A DNA stretch of 63,305 bases, the filler included, from Reclinomonas americana ATCC 50394 (Eukaryota): NCBI GenBank assembly GCA_048213135.1. It is 7 parts of 3 records of this genome, joined end to end, with 100 filler letters (N's around TTAATTAATTAA, not from the genome) between each part and the next. Parts side by side here need not be neighbours in the genome. Positions count along the whole stretch, not along the records: positions 37,160 to 51,153 come from PS015255.1; positions 51,254 to 58,107 come from PS015255.1; positions 58,208 to 61,395 come from PS015257.1; 4 more parts are not named here. One strand, written 5' to 3'. Within the stretch, counting starts at the first letter, position 1. Each line of letters begins with the position of its first letter. Shown piece by piece: positions 49,153 through 60,687 of the stretch. The notes below the pieces were generated by a model. That model ran no database searches. It was not told the origin of the DNA and saw only the letters and a list, made by a program, of their open reading frames with translations. Position numbers and translations under genes: made by a program.

Positions 49153-51153
49153 CTATGCAACAAACACGCTGTCTGACACGGCGCCGAGGAACACGTCCGA
49201 CATGACGTGCGTGGCAAAAAAGGCCATAAACGTGACGTTGGAGAAGGTGGCCAGGAACTGTGCGCCCTCCGACTCGCAGTCGAGGAAGTTGCCGCCGGTG
49301 ATGCGCATTATTAGCCAGCGGAACAGCACGCCTTCGACGATCTCGCTGGCACACGCGCCGAGTGCGAGGTACACGACGCGTTGGAATCGCTCGTCCGACA
49401 AGCTCGACGCATACCTCGGATAGAAGCAGTTGTTGAAGGAGAAGCGGAGCCAGGTGGCGAAGAAGAGCCAGTTGAACAGTGTGATTACGCTGGTGGCGTT
49501 GCGGAACCAGTAGGCACGGCGTCGACTGCTGACGTACTCGTCGAAACTCGGCACACGGAGTGGCAGGTGCTTGGCGAGGCGCACCCAGAAATTGTAGACG
49601 CCACGGAACATGCTGAGCGGGTACACGATAAAGTTGCTGATCCAGTGCACGACAAACNNNNNNNNNNNNNNNNNNNNNNNNNNNNNNNNNNNNNNNNNNN
49701 NNNNNNNNNNNNNNNNNNNNNNNNNNNNNNNNNNNNNNNNNNNNNNNNNNNNNNNNNNNNNNNNNNNNNNNNNNNNNNNNNNNNNNNNNNNNNNNNNNNN
49801 NNNNNNNNNNNNNNNNNNNNNNNNNNNNNNNNNNNNNNNNNNNNNNNNNNNNNNNNNNNNNNNNNNNNNNNNNNNNNNNNNNNNNNNNNNNNNNNNNNNN
49901 NNNNNNNNNNNNNNNNNNNNNNNNNNNNNNNNNNNNACCCAGATGAAGAAGGCCACCAGGTCGCTGTCCAACACGAAGAACAGCGTGCGGTACCACGTCA
50001 GAAAGTACAGGTCCGTCACAAACGTGAAGAGCGGCTGGATGCGCGGCAGCGGTCGGCCATTCGACAAGCAGGCCGACTCGGCGAGCTGCCAGCGCACTTC
50101 GGCGGCCACGCGCTGCATGTCGTTGCCGCTGGCTCCCGACAGCGGCATGTACTCCTTCATGGTGACCGACGAATGCCGCGACAGCTTGTCGCCGGTTTCC
50201 ACATCCTCGCCTGCCAATGACGGCTCGTTGACGTCCCCCTCCACCGCCTTGGTCTTCGCCGCTGCCGCAGCCTCTCCGTCGTCGTCGTCCAGGATGCGCG
50301 GGCTTGCTTCCCGGTCCTTGCGCTGCAGCGGAATCATGGGCGACCGAATGTCGTCCGCAGCCACGAGCTTGTCATCCGCCTGCTGCTTCGACTGCAAGTC
50401 GTCGTCGGTGAGCAGACCCTCGGCGCGCTGCGTCAGGTACTCGTTGGCGAGGTCGACAGTCCACCGATCCAGGATGATGGTGGTGACGGTGAAGGGCACC
50501 TGCAAGCCGCTGAACACCGCGTGGAAGACGACGCTGAGGAGCAGCAGGTAGCCAGTGGAGGCATCCGGCGTAAAGTACGTGAAGATGATCTCGGAGAAGA
50601 AGAAGACGCACACGACCAGGCCGCACAGCAGCAGCGACATAAAGTAGCGCGGCCACACCAATCGGAAGTGACCGCGTCGTCGCAGCAGCACTGTGAACCA
50701 CAGATATGCCAGCGCAATGATGCCGTAGATGATGAAGGCGCCCGTGGTGTGAATGACCTCGGTGAAGTTGCGGACGTTGGTCTCCCAGCAAATGATGAAG
50801 AAGAGACTGACGGTGCCGATGGACGACACAAAGATGGTGATGCGCAGCCACCACGGCATGCCGGGCATGGGCGCATCAAAGCAGTACCACACCACCAGCA
50901 CACACACAATGTTGTAGGCGTTGGAGAAGGCCTGCGAGTACACCCAGAAGTTGGCCTCGTTGGTCTCACAGTGGCCTGTCGAGCCCGACAGCGGAATGGC
51001 CGTGAGAATGAGGTTGCAGACGAGCGGGGTGAAGAGCAGCAGGGCCGCGTGCCACAGAATGCGTCGCACAGTGGGAATGAGCTTCACGCCATGATGTTTG
51101 CAAAGGAGGCGCACAAAGGCGGCGTTCACTTGCTCCAGGTCGATGGGTGCGGG
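49153..51153 (-). CDS. Polytopic membrane protein of unknown family; probable first exon at 51362-51552 beyond the linker
   Basis: Frame of about 660 codons with roughly 6-7 hydrophobic segments, a charged loop and further hydrophobic segments. Confidence 0.75.
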   Translation of the reverse strand, partial: PAPIDLEQVNAAFVRLLCKHHGVKLIPTVRRILWHAALLLFTPLVCNLILTAIPLSGSTGHCETNEANFWVYSQAFSNAYNIVCVLVVWYCFDAPMPGMPWWLRITIFVSSIGTVSLFFIICWETNVRNFTEVIHTTGAFIIYGIIALAYLWFTVLLRRRGHFRLVWPRYFMSLLLCGLVVCVFFFSEIIFTYFTPDASTGYLLLLSVVFHAVFSGLQVPFTVTTIILDRWTVDLANEYLTQRAEGLLTDDDLQSKQQADDKLVAADDIRSPMIPLQRKDREASPRILDDDDGEAAAAAKTKAVEGDVNEPSLAGEDVETGDKLSRHSSVTMKEYMPLSGASGNDMQRVAAEVRWQLAESACLSNGRPLPRIQPLFTFVTDLYFLTWYRTLFFVLDSDLVAFFIWXXXXXXXXXXXXXXXXXXXXXXXXXXXXXXXXXXXXXXXXXXXXXXXXXXXXXXXXXXXXXXXXXXXXXXXXXXXXXXXXXXXXXXXXXXXXXXFVVHWISNFIVYPLSMFRGVYNFWVRLAKHLPLRVPSFDEYVSSRRRAYWFRNATSVITLFNWLFFATWLRFSFNNCFYPRYASSLSDERFQRVVYLALGACASEIVEGVLFRWLIMRITGGNFLDCESEGAQFLATFSNVTFMAFFATHVMSDVFLGAVSDSVFVA

Positions 51154-51197
51154 NNNNNNNNNNNNNNNNNNNNNNNNNNNNNNNNNNNNNNNNNNNN

Positions 51198-51209
51198 TTA
51201 ATTAATTAA
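51198..51209. other. Artificial scaffold linker
   Basis: TTAATTAATTAA in an N run. Confidence 0.97.
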
Positions 51210-52807
51210 NNNNNNNNNNNNNNNNNNNNNNNNNNNNNNNNNNNNNNNNNNNNCTCGATCATGTGCATGTCAGCTTACGTGTGTGTGTTTGTGTGTGTGT
51301 GTGTTTGAGTGCGTGCGTGCGTGTGTGTGTGTGTGCTTGTGTGTCATGCATGCACGACTGCTTGCCTGTCGAGTCACTGACAAGTCCTTCGTCTTCCAAC
51401 TCCTGCTGCGGGTGTGCGTCTGGAGGGAAGCTGTCAGCGGCTGAGGCGGTGTTTCGCATCGTTGGTGGGCGTCGAGACGATGAAGACGACGATGACGACG
51501 ATGACGATGACGACGATGAAGACGAGGGGACGTTCATGGTCGACACCGACATGATGCCCTTTCCTCACAACTCACACACACACACAGGCAGCAAGTGCGT
51601 GGTCGAACTCTCGCCCCTCTCTTCTCCGTGACAGTGAGGATGTCGGAGTTTGGGGCACGTAGCCGTTTGTGTCGGGCTCGGTTTTCGCGTGAAGACAGGT
51701 TGAAGACGATCGGCACTCTTCGTCGTATATGAGCTATGCTCCGCGCTGCGCAGTGACGTTGTCTGCAGAAGAGAATGTGTGACGCAGAGAGAGTGAGTGA
51801 GCTCGAGGGATGTCGGACAAGACAATGCGCACTTGATCTGGTATTGATATCTGCATTTCTTGAAGAACAGAGTTCGAGGCAGTCCAGATGTCAACACAGT
51901 CATTGATCTTTAGGGCACCGTCAGCTGCAGGCTTCTCTCAACAGATGTACGTGTTTCAGCTCTTTGAGTTTGAAGTTCGAAAACTGCAGAGTCACGTGCA
52001 CTTTCTTTACACGACAACAGATTCATTCACCAACAAACAAGCAACAGCTGTCTTGATGACGAAGTCCAACCGGATCCAAAATATCAACGCAAGAAACCAG
52101 TCTTGAGGCAGCAGCAGGTTCCTTGTGTGTGTGTGTTCGCTCTCGGAGCTCCGAACAAGTCGAGAACTGCGATCGTCACTGCAGGGAAGCGTGGTTCAAC
52201 AGTGGCTTTGACGCACTTTCAAAGACGCTGCGCATAGCGTTTCTGCAATCGTACACGGCACATCAAATTCGTGAAACGGCCATTGTCCTTCGATGTCGAA
52301 TTTCCTTCCCTCCTTCATGCACTGCACCAGTCGCCGCCGTAGGTTGCTAGAATCCACAGCATGTGGGAGACGTCCACTGAAAGATCCTTGGCGGCAGAGT
52401 ACACGCATTTGTACATTGCAAATGCATGTTCGAGTTCGGATTTTGAAGAAATGACTCGGAGCTCGTGCCACGACTGCTTGCTTCGTGTCGCACTTCAGCT
52501 CGTCATTTGATGCTGCGTTGCACGTGGGGTGGACCGTGGGGGTGCAGGGCCCTCTGGTCACCGGACAGCAGCGATTGCGCGATCGCGCGCGACTCGCAAT
52601 TGCGAGTACCGTTGGACAACAAGAACCAGATTCCGTGAACGCCCCAGACATGTGCACCATCATGCATCAAATGCAGGCTCTCGACGCTGTGAACGGCAAC
52701 ACCCACAAAGACCGCGATACTGCGTGTAAGCTATTTCGGTCGTGTTGTCCATTTTGCCGCATTTGTTGTCCTTTTTGACTCTTTTTGCTTTCACTCTCGG
52801 AGAGGAG

Positions 52808-54802
52808 ATGAGGCGCTCGACTCGTGAGTGCATCCTCGCGCCCCTACCGATGCCATGTCATCTCACCGCTCGCGCACACACACACGCAGTGTCCTCCGAT
52901 TCCCCCAGCTCGCGATCGCCTGTTGACGCTTCTCCACAGCCACTCTCTGCATCGCATCATCTCCAGCAATCTCCCCCATCATCACGTCATCTCTACTACT
53001 CTGCCCAATCGTTCCTCGATTCTCCGGCAATGTCCGGCGCCGCCGCCGCCGCCGCTGCCTCCGCCATCGCCGCCTCCGCCGCCGCCCCTCGTGGCCAGCA
53101 GACACTTGCCTCGTCACCGCAGGCACCAACAACCCGTCGCCATGCCTCTCCGCCACGGTCTGCGGCCGCCGCCAACCGATCCTTGTCTCCTGTTGCCGGT
53201 GCGCGTCGCGTCGAACCAGTGGTCTACACTCGCGCAGAGGACGAGCGACTCGTCGACCTGGTGGTGCGTCACAATGGCGGCGTCTACTACGATTCGGAAA
53301 CCAGGCGGCGCTATGCGCGCGCGCCATACGAGCGGAGCGCGTACTTGTCGAGGGACCCGAATTTCAACAGCTACGCAGAGTTCTGGCGAGGCTTTCTCGC
53401 GACGCACCGGACCTGGATTGTGGCGCCAGAGGTGTACCAAGCGTCGAACGGGTCGAGCAAGTCGCCGAGGTTGTCGAGCCTGGAGTCGTCGCCGCCACGT
53501 GGTCCCCCTGATCATGAAATGGGTATGTATGGCAGTGCTCGTTCCCTTCTTGCTTCTCACTGCCTCTCACCATTCCTCATGCATGCAGCTTCCCCCGCCG
53601 ACTCTCCCCGCTCGCAGTCGCCAGACGACGATCAAGGGCTTCGCCGTCTGACACCCCATTGCCAGCTGGCGTCGTCATTGTACGACTCTCCCACCGCGTC
53701 GCCGCGGCCGGCGATGTGTGCGGCTGCTCGCGCCCAGCCATCTGCGGCCGCTCGCTGCGCTTCTCCGCCACAGTCTGCCGCCACTCGCTGCGCTTCTTCG
53801 CCACAGTCTGCCGCCGCTGCCGCCACCGGGTCGCCAGTGAGCGACCGACGTCCCGGTGAACCAGTGGTCCTCAGCCGCGCCGAAGACGAGAGGCTTACGA
53901 AGCTCGTGCTTCGTCACAACGGCGCCATCTCTTATGATCCGGAAACGGGGAGACGCTATGCGCGATCAGCATCTGAGCGAGGCCCAAAGATTAACATGGA
54001 CTACCACTACAAGTTTTGGAGAGAGTTTCACAAGACTCACCGGACTTGGATTGTGCCACCGGACGTGGAGAAAGCGTGGCATGTTCCCGGTGGGCCCATC
54101 TGGCTGCCGAGCCCGGACGCGTCGCCGGAGCGGTCGCCACGTTCACCTGTCGATGACACGCCCGATTGCGGCCTCGGTATGTTGTTGCCGTTGCCTTTTG
54201 TTTGTGAGTGGTCTTCACCCTCCTCTCACGTCGTTGCCTTCCCTGCAGTGTCCTCCGCCGCGGGAGATCCTCTCCGCTCGCCACCGGTGAAGTCTGCTGC
54301 CGCCGATCGACAGCAGTCTGCGTACGCCACTCCCATGACCACCCATCGTCAACAATCATCGTTTGAGTCTCCCACCGCCTCGCCGGCGATGTGTGCTGCT
54401 GCTCGCACTCGCCCACCCGCAGCCACTCGCTGCGCTTCTCCGCCACAGTCTGCCGCCGCTGCCGCCACCGGGTCGCCAGTGAGCGACCGACGTCCCGGTG
54501 AACCAGTTGTCCTCAGCCGCGCCGAAGACGAGAGGCTTACGAAGCTCGTGCTTCGTCACAACGGCGCCATCTCTTATGATCCGGAAACGGGGAGACGATT
54601 GGTGCACGCGGCCTACGAGCTGAGCCCCCAGATTAACATGAACTACCACTATGAGTTCTGGGGGGAGTTTCTCAGAACGCACCGGACGTGGATTATGCCA
54701 CCGGATGTGTACAGAGCGTCGCATCCACCCGGTGGGCCCATCTGGCTGCCGAGCCCGGATGCGTCGCCGGAGCGGTCGCCGCGCGCTGCCCACGATGCTT
54801 GA
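52808..54802 (+). CDS. SP-rich protein with three copies of an approximately 75-aa Myb-like domain
   Basis: Repeat EPVV(Y/L)(T/S)RAEDERL..LV.RHNG...YD.ET.RR...FW..F..THRTWI..P occurs three times; start may instead be 53030. Confidence 0.7.
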   Translation: MRRSTRECILAPLPMPCHLTARAHTHAVSSDSPSSRSPVDASPQPLSASHHLQQSPPSSRHLYYSAQSFLDSPAMSGAAAAAAASAIAASAAAPRGQQTLASSPQAPTTRRHASPPRSAAAANRSLSPVAGARRVEPVVYTRAEDERLVDLVVRHNGGVYYDSETRRRYARAPYERSAYLSRDPNFNSYAEFWRGFLATHRTWIVAPEVYQASNGSSKSPRLSSLESSPPRGPPDHEMGMYGSARSLLASHCLSPFLMHAASPADSPRSQSPDDDQGLRRLTPHCQLASSLYDSPTASPRPAMCAAARAQPSAAARCASPPQSAATRCASSPQSAAAAATGSPVSDRRPGEPVVLSRAEDERLTKLVLRHNGAISYDPETGRRYARSASERGPKINMDYHYKFWREFHKTHRTWIVPPDVEKAWHVPGGPIWLPSPDASPERSPRSPVDDTPDCGLGMLLPLPFVCEWSSPSSHVVAFPAVSSAAGDPLRSPPVKSAAADRQQSAYATPMTTHRQQSSFESPTASPAMCAAARTRPPAATRCASPPQSAAAAATGSPVSDRRPGEPVVLSRAEDERLTKLVLRHNGAISYDPETGRRLVHAAYELSPQINMNYHYEFWGEFLRTHRTWIMPPDVYRASHPPGGPIWLPSPDASPERSPRAAHDA

Positions 54803-55056
54803 AAACAGAAGTTCACTTGGGCTGTACATGTACATGTAGAAGAGAAGGAGTGTTTAGATAGAGCTCAGAATAAATATGAAGAACATGCGCTGAAGAACTC
54901 CGAGGCAGAGTGTCTGCAGTAGATGTGTACCCTCTTTGACACAGCGATGATGGCGAGTTGCACACGAGAGAGTGGTACATGGTGCTGTTGATGAGTCCAC
55001 TGCGCAGCACTGCGCGAGCACTGCTGGTGGTGGGTCTACAGTACGCTGCGTTTGTG

Positions 55057-56115
55057 ATGACGGAAGAACGCACGCGCGACGGCGACGACCTCTTCTCTCG
55101 CCTTCCGTGCGACGTGATCGTCTACTCGCTCATGCCCATTCTCGGTGTCAGAGTGGGCACACACGGACTCTGGCGCGTCTCCACCACGTTTTGTCAGCTG
55201 TGGGAGGCGGCCTTTGCGCTCATTCCCTCGCCCATCGCCTGCATCGTGTGCGACCAGCAGGAGGGCAAGACGCTGGCCGACATGATGCAAGGCGAGTCGG
55301 CGTGGTGCGCCGGTCACGAGTGCCCGGCCAACCCTTGCTGCCTCGCGATCGAGAATTCGAAGTACAGCGGACCTTGTTGGCTCACACAGAGACGGATGGA
55401 GAGTGTATGCCTCGGCCAAGCACGTGGTGGCATCCGCACCGATGCGGAAAGGGCTGCAATGGCGGTCCTGGACCCTCCGCAACAGTGCTGCGTCGTGCGA
55501 GCCTGCCGACAGTGCGTGGAGCAACGTCAACTCTCGACTGCCGGAGGAGCTCGAGGATCCGGATCCGAAGACTTCGTGCAGCTGCTGCAGCGGCGGAGGG
55601 AGGGTCGATATCCTCCGGATCCGGAGCCGTTCGCGTATTCAAGACGTAGTACGCGTGATGAGATCGATATCCGTATACGTAGCCTTCTGGTGACATGCGT
55701 CGATTGCGGAAGACAGAGCTGTGGAGGGTATGCCCGCCGTCATTGGCGCTTAGGACCGCAGCCGGATCGACATCGCAGAGGACAGTATCTGGATCTGGAT
55801 CCATGGTACTGCGATCATGGGTGTGTGCAGCGCTTGTACGATTGCGAATCGTGTGGGTGCCTGTATATCGACAGCAGACTTGTGGTCGGCTACTGCGTTG
55901 GATGCGACAAGCCTCTGTGCAGCAACTGCACCGCAAGAAAGCGGTGGGACTTGTGCAGCAAGTGCCCCTCCACTGACGATGAGGATCCGGAGCCGGACCC
56001 GGAGGAGTACGACGAATCCGGTTCTGCGACCGGATCCGACGGTGTCGACGACGGCAGCACTGCTGATCCGGACGCCGACCCTGCGCCACTCAGCGACGAA
56101 GAAGATGAGGCCTAG
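55057..56115 (+). CDS. F-box protein with Cys-rich (CxxC) C-terminus and acidic tail, intronless
   Basis: DLFSRLPCDVIVYSLMPIL...LWRVSTTFCQLW fits the F-box pattern; CIVC, CRQC, CVDC, CESC, CVGC, CSNC, CSKC. Confidence 0.7.
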   Translation: MTEERTRDGDDLFSRLPCDVIVYSLMPILGVRVGTHGLWRVSTTFCQLWEAAFALIPSPIACIVCDQQEGKTLADMMQGESAWCAGHECPANPCCLAIENSKYSGPCWLTQRRMESVCLGQARGGIRTDAERAAMAVLDPPQQCCVVRACRQCVEQRQLSTAGGARGSGSEDFVQLLQRRREGRYPPDPEPFAYSRRSTRDEIDIRIRSLLVTCVDCGRQSCGGYARRHWRLGPQPDRHRRGQYLDLDPWYCDHGCVQRLYDCESCGCLYIDSRLVVGYCVGCDKPLCSNCTARKRWDLCSKCPSTDDEDPEPDPEEYDESGSATGSDGVDDGSTADPDADPAPLSDEEDEA

Positions 56116-56640
56116 AGTAGTGATACCGGAGCACATCTGCAGAGACAACATACACGCTTGTTGTTGAGTACCTCATTGAAGTGAATGATTGACAAAAAGG
56201 TTCGGAGAAGCACCGCAGCGGTAAATGTGATAATCCACGACAGTGGCACTCAGCTGCATCAGTGAAGAGCACCAGAACGATAAAGGAAGCAGTGAAGAAA
56301 GAGCTCCTGCTCGAAATTCATTCACGTAAAGTTGTGGACACGATAATTACAAAGGTTGGGTGAAGAACGGGGAGGAGACAGGTGTTGTCGCTGACACACA
56401 CCCACACGAATTGCCGAGTGGGGCGAACGACACGTGGTGCACCAATGGCACTGAAGAAATACACAGTGTGTACAGACGCTTAAACAGGGAGGGGGGGGGG
56501 CACACAGCGGTACAGAAAAAAACACAATCAAGGGGAAGGGGACAGAGAAACAAAGGAAAACGCCGACTGAATGTAAACATCCAAGCTAAAGAAGAACCCA
56601 ACATGCGATAAAAAAAAAAGACCATGGGAAGCATGCATGT

Positions 56641-56906
56641 TCACCACCACTCGGCGAACGGACCGGTTGGCGGGGAGGCGGGTGGTACGGGTGCCATGGC
56701 GCCCGTGGTCAGGGTGGTGGTCGAACTGGACTCGACAAAGCACACCGACGCCAGATTGCCAGACGACGACGAAAAGTGGCGCTGGTGGTGATGGTGGTGG
56801 TGGTGCTGAATGATGTGCCCAGCTGACGACGACGATGACGACGACGACAGCGACACCTGCGTCTGCTGGATCATGTGCTGCGACTGTGACTGCGATTGCT
56901 GCTGCG

Positions 56907-56937
<31 letters not shown>

Positions 56938-58106
56938 ATGGTGGTGGTGGTGGCTGGAAGGACTGAAGGGCGCCGCGAACGACGTCACTTGCAGTTCTTC
57001 GCCGGTCTCCTCGTCAAACAGGCGCAGCGTGCCAGTTCCCGACCCCGATACGCCCGAATGCGAGTCGATCGACGAGTGACGGTGATGGCCATCGCCGCGT
57101 GGAGTGGGTGGCGGAGGCGGACCACACAGTGCAGTGGGCGGATCGCCACCCGGCTGCCACTGCGACGATGCACAGTGTCGCTTGGTCGCAGGCGACGGCG
57201 GACGGACGTCACCGTCGTGCAACGAGCCAATCATTACCGAATCTTGCACGAGGTCGCCGACAGAGCCCGACAGGTGGCGCAGCAGTTGGTGACCGTTGCC
57301 ATGCAAGTGGTGCACAAGGTGCGACAGGTCGCTGCTGTCGTGCGACAACGAGAGCTGCTGCGGGTGATGGTGGTGGTGGTGATGATCACCGAAAAAGTGG
57401 ACGGCAGTGCGCAGCAACTCGTCGTCGCGCTCGTGCACCTCACTCGACGATGCCGCCACCAGTGGGAAGGCTTGGTGATGATGATGCTGCTGCTGCTGCT
57501 GTTNNNNNNNNNNNNNNNNNNNNNNNNNNNNNNNNNNNNNNNNNNNNNNNNNNNNNNNNNNNNNNNNNNNNNNNNNNNNNNNNNNNNNNNNNNNNNNNNN
57601 NNNNNNNNNNNNNNNNNNNNNNNNNNNNNNNNNNNNNNNNNNNNNNNNNNNNNNNNNNNNNNNNNNNNNNNNNNNNNNNNNNNNNNNNNNNNNNNNNNNN
57701 NNNNNNNNNNNNNNNNNNNNNNNNNNNNNNNNNNNNNNNNNNNNNNNNNNNNNNNNNNNNNNGCAGTGACATGGGCGGCGGCTGCTTGTAGCCGCCGGCT
57801 GCTGACGCTGGTAGTGCGAGCGGTGGCACCATCGGGAACACGGGTGCCGCCTGCGGCTGAGTGATGCTGGCTTGGTGTGCCGTGGCGCCGTGCGGCACGA
57901 CACGCGGATGCAAGTGACGTTGCGTCGTAAAATGTTCGTGCTCCAGACGGGCCGGCGAGTCGCGATCCTCCAACGACATGAGCGAGAATGGCCGCACACC
58001 AAGTGCCGACGGCGTGCTGCTGCGGCGTGGTGCTGCTGCCGGTCGGAGGCGTGGCGACGACTGCACACTCACACTGAAGCACACCGAGGCCTTGTAGGCC
58101 ACTGGT
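56641..58106 (-). CDS. His/Gln/Ser-rich low-complexity C-terminal region, possibly of a transcription regulator
   Basis: Long frame with poly-H/Q/S ending GPFAEWW-stop; 5' part missing at the linker. Confidence 0.55.
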
Positions 58107-58151
58107 TNNNNNNNNNNNNNNNNNNNNNNNNNNNNNNNNNNNNNNNNNNNN

Positions 58152-58163
58152 TTAATTAATTAA
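58152..58163. other. Artificial scaffold linker
   Basis: TTAATTAATTAA in an N run. Confidence 0.97.
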
Positions 58164-58207
58164 NNNNNNNNNNNNNNNNNNNNNNNNNNNNNNNNNNNNN
58201 NNNNNNN

Positions 58208-58540
58208 GATGATGATCAGTGAACGTCTTGTGCGAGTGTGTATGAGAGAGAGAGAGAGAGCGTGCGGGTGAGTGAGTTACAACAATGAATGATTGGCACG
58301 TCGTCTCTCCCTGTCTCTCTCTCACTTTCTCTCTCTCTCTGTGCGTCTGTGAATGTCTCGATCACGCAACGTGCTGACAGCATGCGTCTGCTTGAGTCGC
58401 CTGTGCATCTGCCGCAAGCCGTGTTGAATGGTCAGCTCTTGTCTCTTGGTCTCATCAAACATGATGCGCTTCTCCACTCCTCCAGTCGCCCCAGTCGCAC
58501 CACCACTGGGACCAGTGGAGCCTCGCTCATATGACGCCAT
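58208..58540 (-). CDS. N-terminal fragment of a hypothetical protein
   Basis: MASYERGSTG...VEKRIMFDETKRQELTIQHGLRQMHRRLK. Confidence 0.4.
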
Positions 58541-58800
58541 GCTCTCTCTCTCTGTGCTGTGTTGTGAGAGAGAGTGAGAGATGGCGCGAAACAACCGTTG
58601 ACAACACAGACAAACGGACACGAAATGAAGCGTACACACACGTGAGCGAGACAGAACAACGACACGCGCAGGCACAGGAAGGCGACAGTCACACACAGGC
58701 GCGTTATGTGTGCGCGGCTCACCTGCGCGACGGTTTCACACGCAACGTCTTATGCGAGCAACACTGTCCACAGGAACTGGCGGGAACGCTCAGTTATTTG

Positions 58801-59708
58801 ATGTGGCTGCGGCTGGTGCGCGCACCACCTGCCTCCCTGCTGTGCAGGAGTGGCGCGCGGTTTGCACTGCAGCATCGCGTGCCTGCAGGTATGCACGCGT
58901 GCAGTTGGCAAGGAAATGTCCACCATGTGCAAGCACGCTCACTTTGACCCATTGCTGCAGCGCTGTATGCCACCTCGTCAACAACAACATCATCATCATC
59001 ATCAGCAGTTGCACCAACAACAGCAACAGCGTCGCCGTCATCGGTTCTGCATCGTGAATCAGATGATGCCGAGGTGCTGATCGCATCTTCTGCTTCTGAT
59101 ACGAGCAGTAGCGGCAAGCGCGTGGTCAGTATCGCGGTTGTCGCCGATGAGCCGCCGCCGGTGGCCGCCACGGAGACGACTACCGGATGCGGAGGTCGCG
59201 CTCCGGCGGTGCATCCGCCCACGGGAGTGCCACTGGCGGATCGCATGGGGTGTGTGTGTGTCCGCATCCAACTCTCTCTGTTCTTCTCTCTCTCTCCCTG
59301 CATCTCTCTCTCTCTGTCGCTGCTTCCTGATTGGTGTGCGTGTGTGTGTGTGCACAGAGAATGGACTCGTATCTACTTGACGCTGTCCAAGGCGCGTCTG
59401 TCGGCCTTGGTCGTGACAACCACGGCCATGGGATACTGGATGGCGGGTGGACCTGTGTGTGATCCGACGTTGGTGATGACGCTCGTCGGGACCTCGTTGG
59501 CGGCCTCGGCCGCCAACACCTTCAATCAGGTGCTGGAGGTGCGCACGGATCGGCAGATGAGAAGAACGATGAATAGGCCGTTGCCGGCGGGACGCATTTC
59601 CACGGCTACTGGGCTGGCGATTGGTGCGGCGTCGGGCGTGCTGGGAACGGGCTTGTTGGCGGTAGCAGTGAATCCGTTGACGGCGGCCATTGGGGCGTCC
59701 ACTATTGG
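58801..59708 (+). CDS. COX10: Protoheme IX farnesyltransferase (heme O synthase), N-terminal exons
   Basis: Mitochondrial-targeting-like start MWLRLVRAPP; YLTLSKARLSALVVTTTAMGY; SAANTFNQVLEVRTDRQMRRTMNRPLPAGRIS. Confidence 0.95.
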
Positions 59709-60687
59709 GTAAGTCCGCGTNNNNNNNNNNNNNNNNNNNNNNNNNNNNNNNNNNNNNNNNNNNNNNNNNNNNNNNNNNNNNNNNNNNNNNNNNNNNNNNN
59801 NNNNNNNNNNNNNNNNNNNNNNNNNNNNNNNNNNNNNNNNNNNNNNNNNNNNNNNNNNNNNNNNNNNNNNNNNNNNNNNNNNNNNNNNNNNNNNNNNNNN
59901 NNNNNNNNNNNNNNNNNNNNNNNNNNNNNNNNNNNNNNNNNNNNNNNNNNNNNNNNNNNNNNNNNNNNNNNNNNNNNNNNNNNNNNNNNNNNNNNNNNNN
60001 NNNNNNNNNNNNNNNNNNNNNNNNNNNNNNNNNNNNNNNNNNNNNNNNNNNNNNNNNNNNNNNNNNNNNNNNNNNNNNNNNNNNNNNNNNNNNNNNNNNN
60101 NNNNNNNNNNNNNNNNNNNNNNNNNNNNNNNNNNNNNNNNNNNNNNNNNNNNNNNNNNNNNNNNNNNNNNNNNNNNNNNNNNNNNNNNNNNNNNNNNNNN
60201 NNNNNNNNNNNNNNNNNNNNNNNNNNNNNNNNNNNNNNNNNNNNNNNNNNNNNNNNNNNNNNNNNNNNNNNNNNNNNNNNNNNNNNNNNNNNNNNNNNNN
60301 NNNNNNNNNNNNNNNNNNNNNNNNNNNNNNNNNNNNNNNNNNNNNNNNNNNNNNNNNNNNNNNNNNNNNNNNNNNNNNNNNNNNNNNNNNNNNNNNNNNN
60401 NNNNNNNNNNNNNNNNNNNNNNNNNNNNNNNNNNNNNNNNNNNNNNNNNNNNNNNNNNNNNNNNNNNNNNNNNNNNNNNNNNNNNNNNNNNNNNNNNNNN
60501 NNNNNNNNNNNNNNNNNNNNNNNNNNNNNNNNNNNNNNNNNNNNNNNNNNNNNNNNNNNNNNNNNNNNNNNNNNNNNNNNNNNNNNNNNNNNNTCGTGGC
60601 TCGGCGAAGTGTATGCCGACGACGGTTAGTGCACGCAATGAAAAAAGAAAAAGAAACACTTATGACAACAACAACAATGCATTTAGA

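Noticed and set aside
55555-56072. Cluster of GGATCC/CCGGA palindromes
   Set aside because: Explained by Gly-Ser and Asp-Pro codons within the F-box ORF; no regular spacing.
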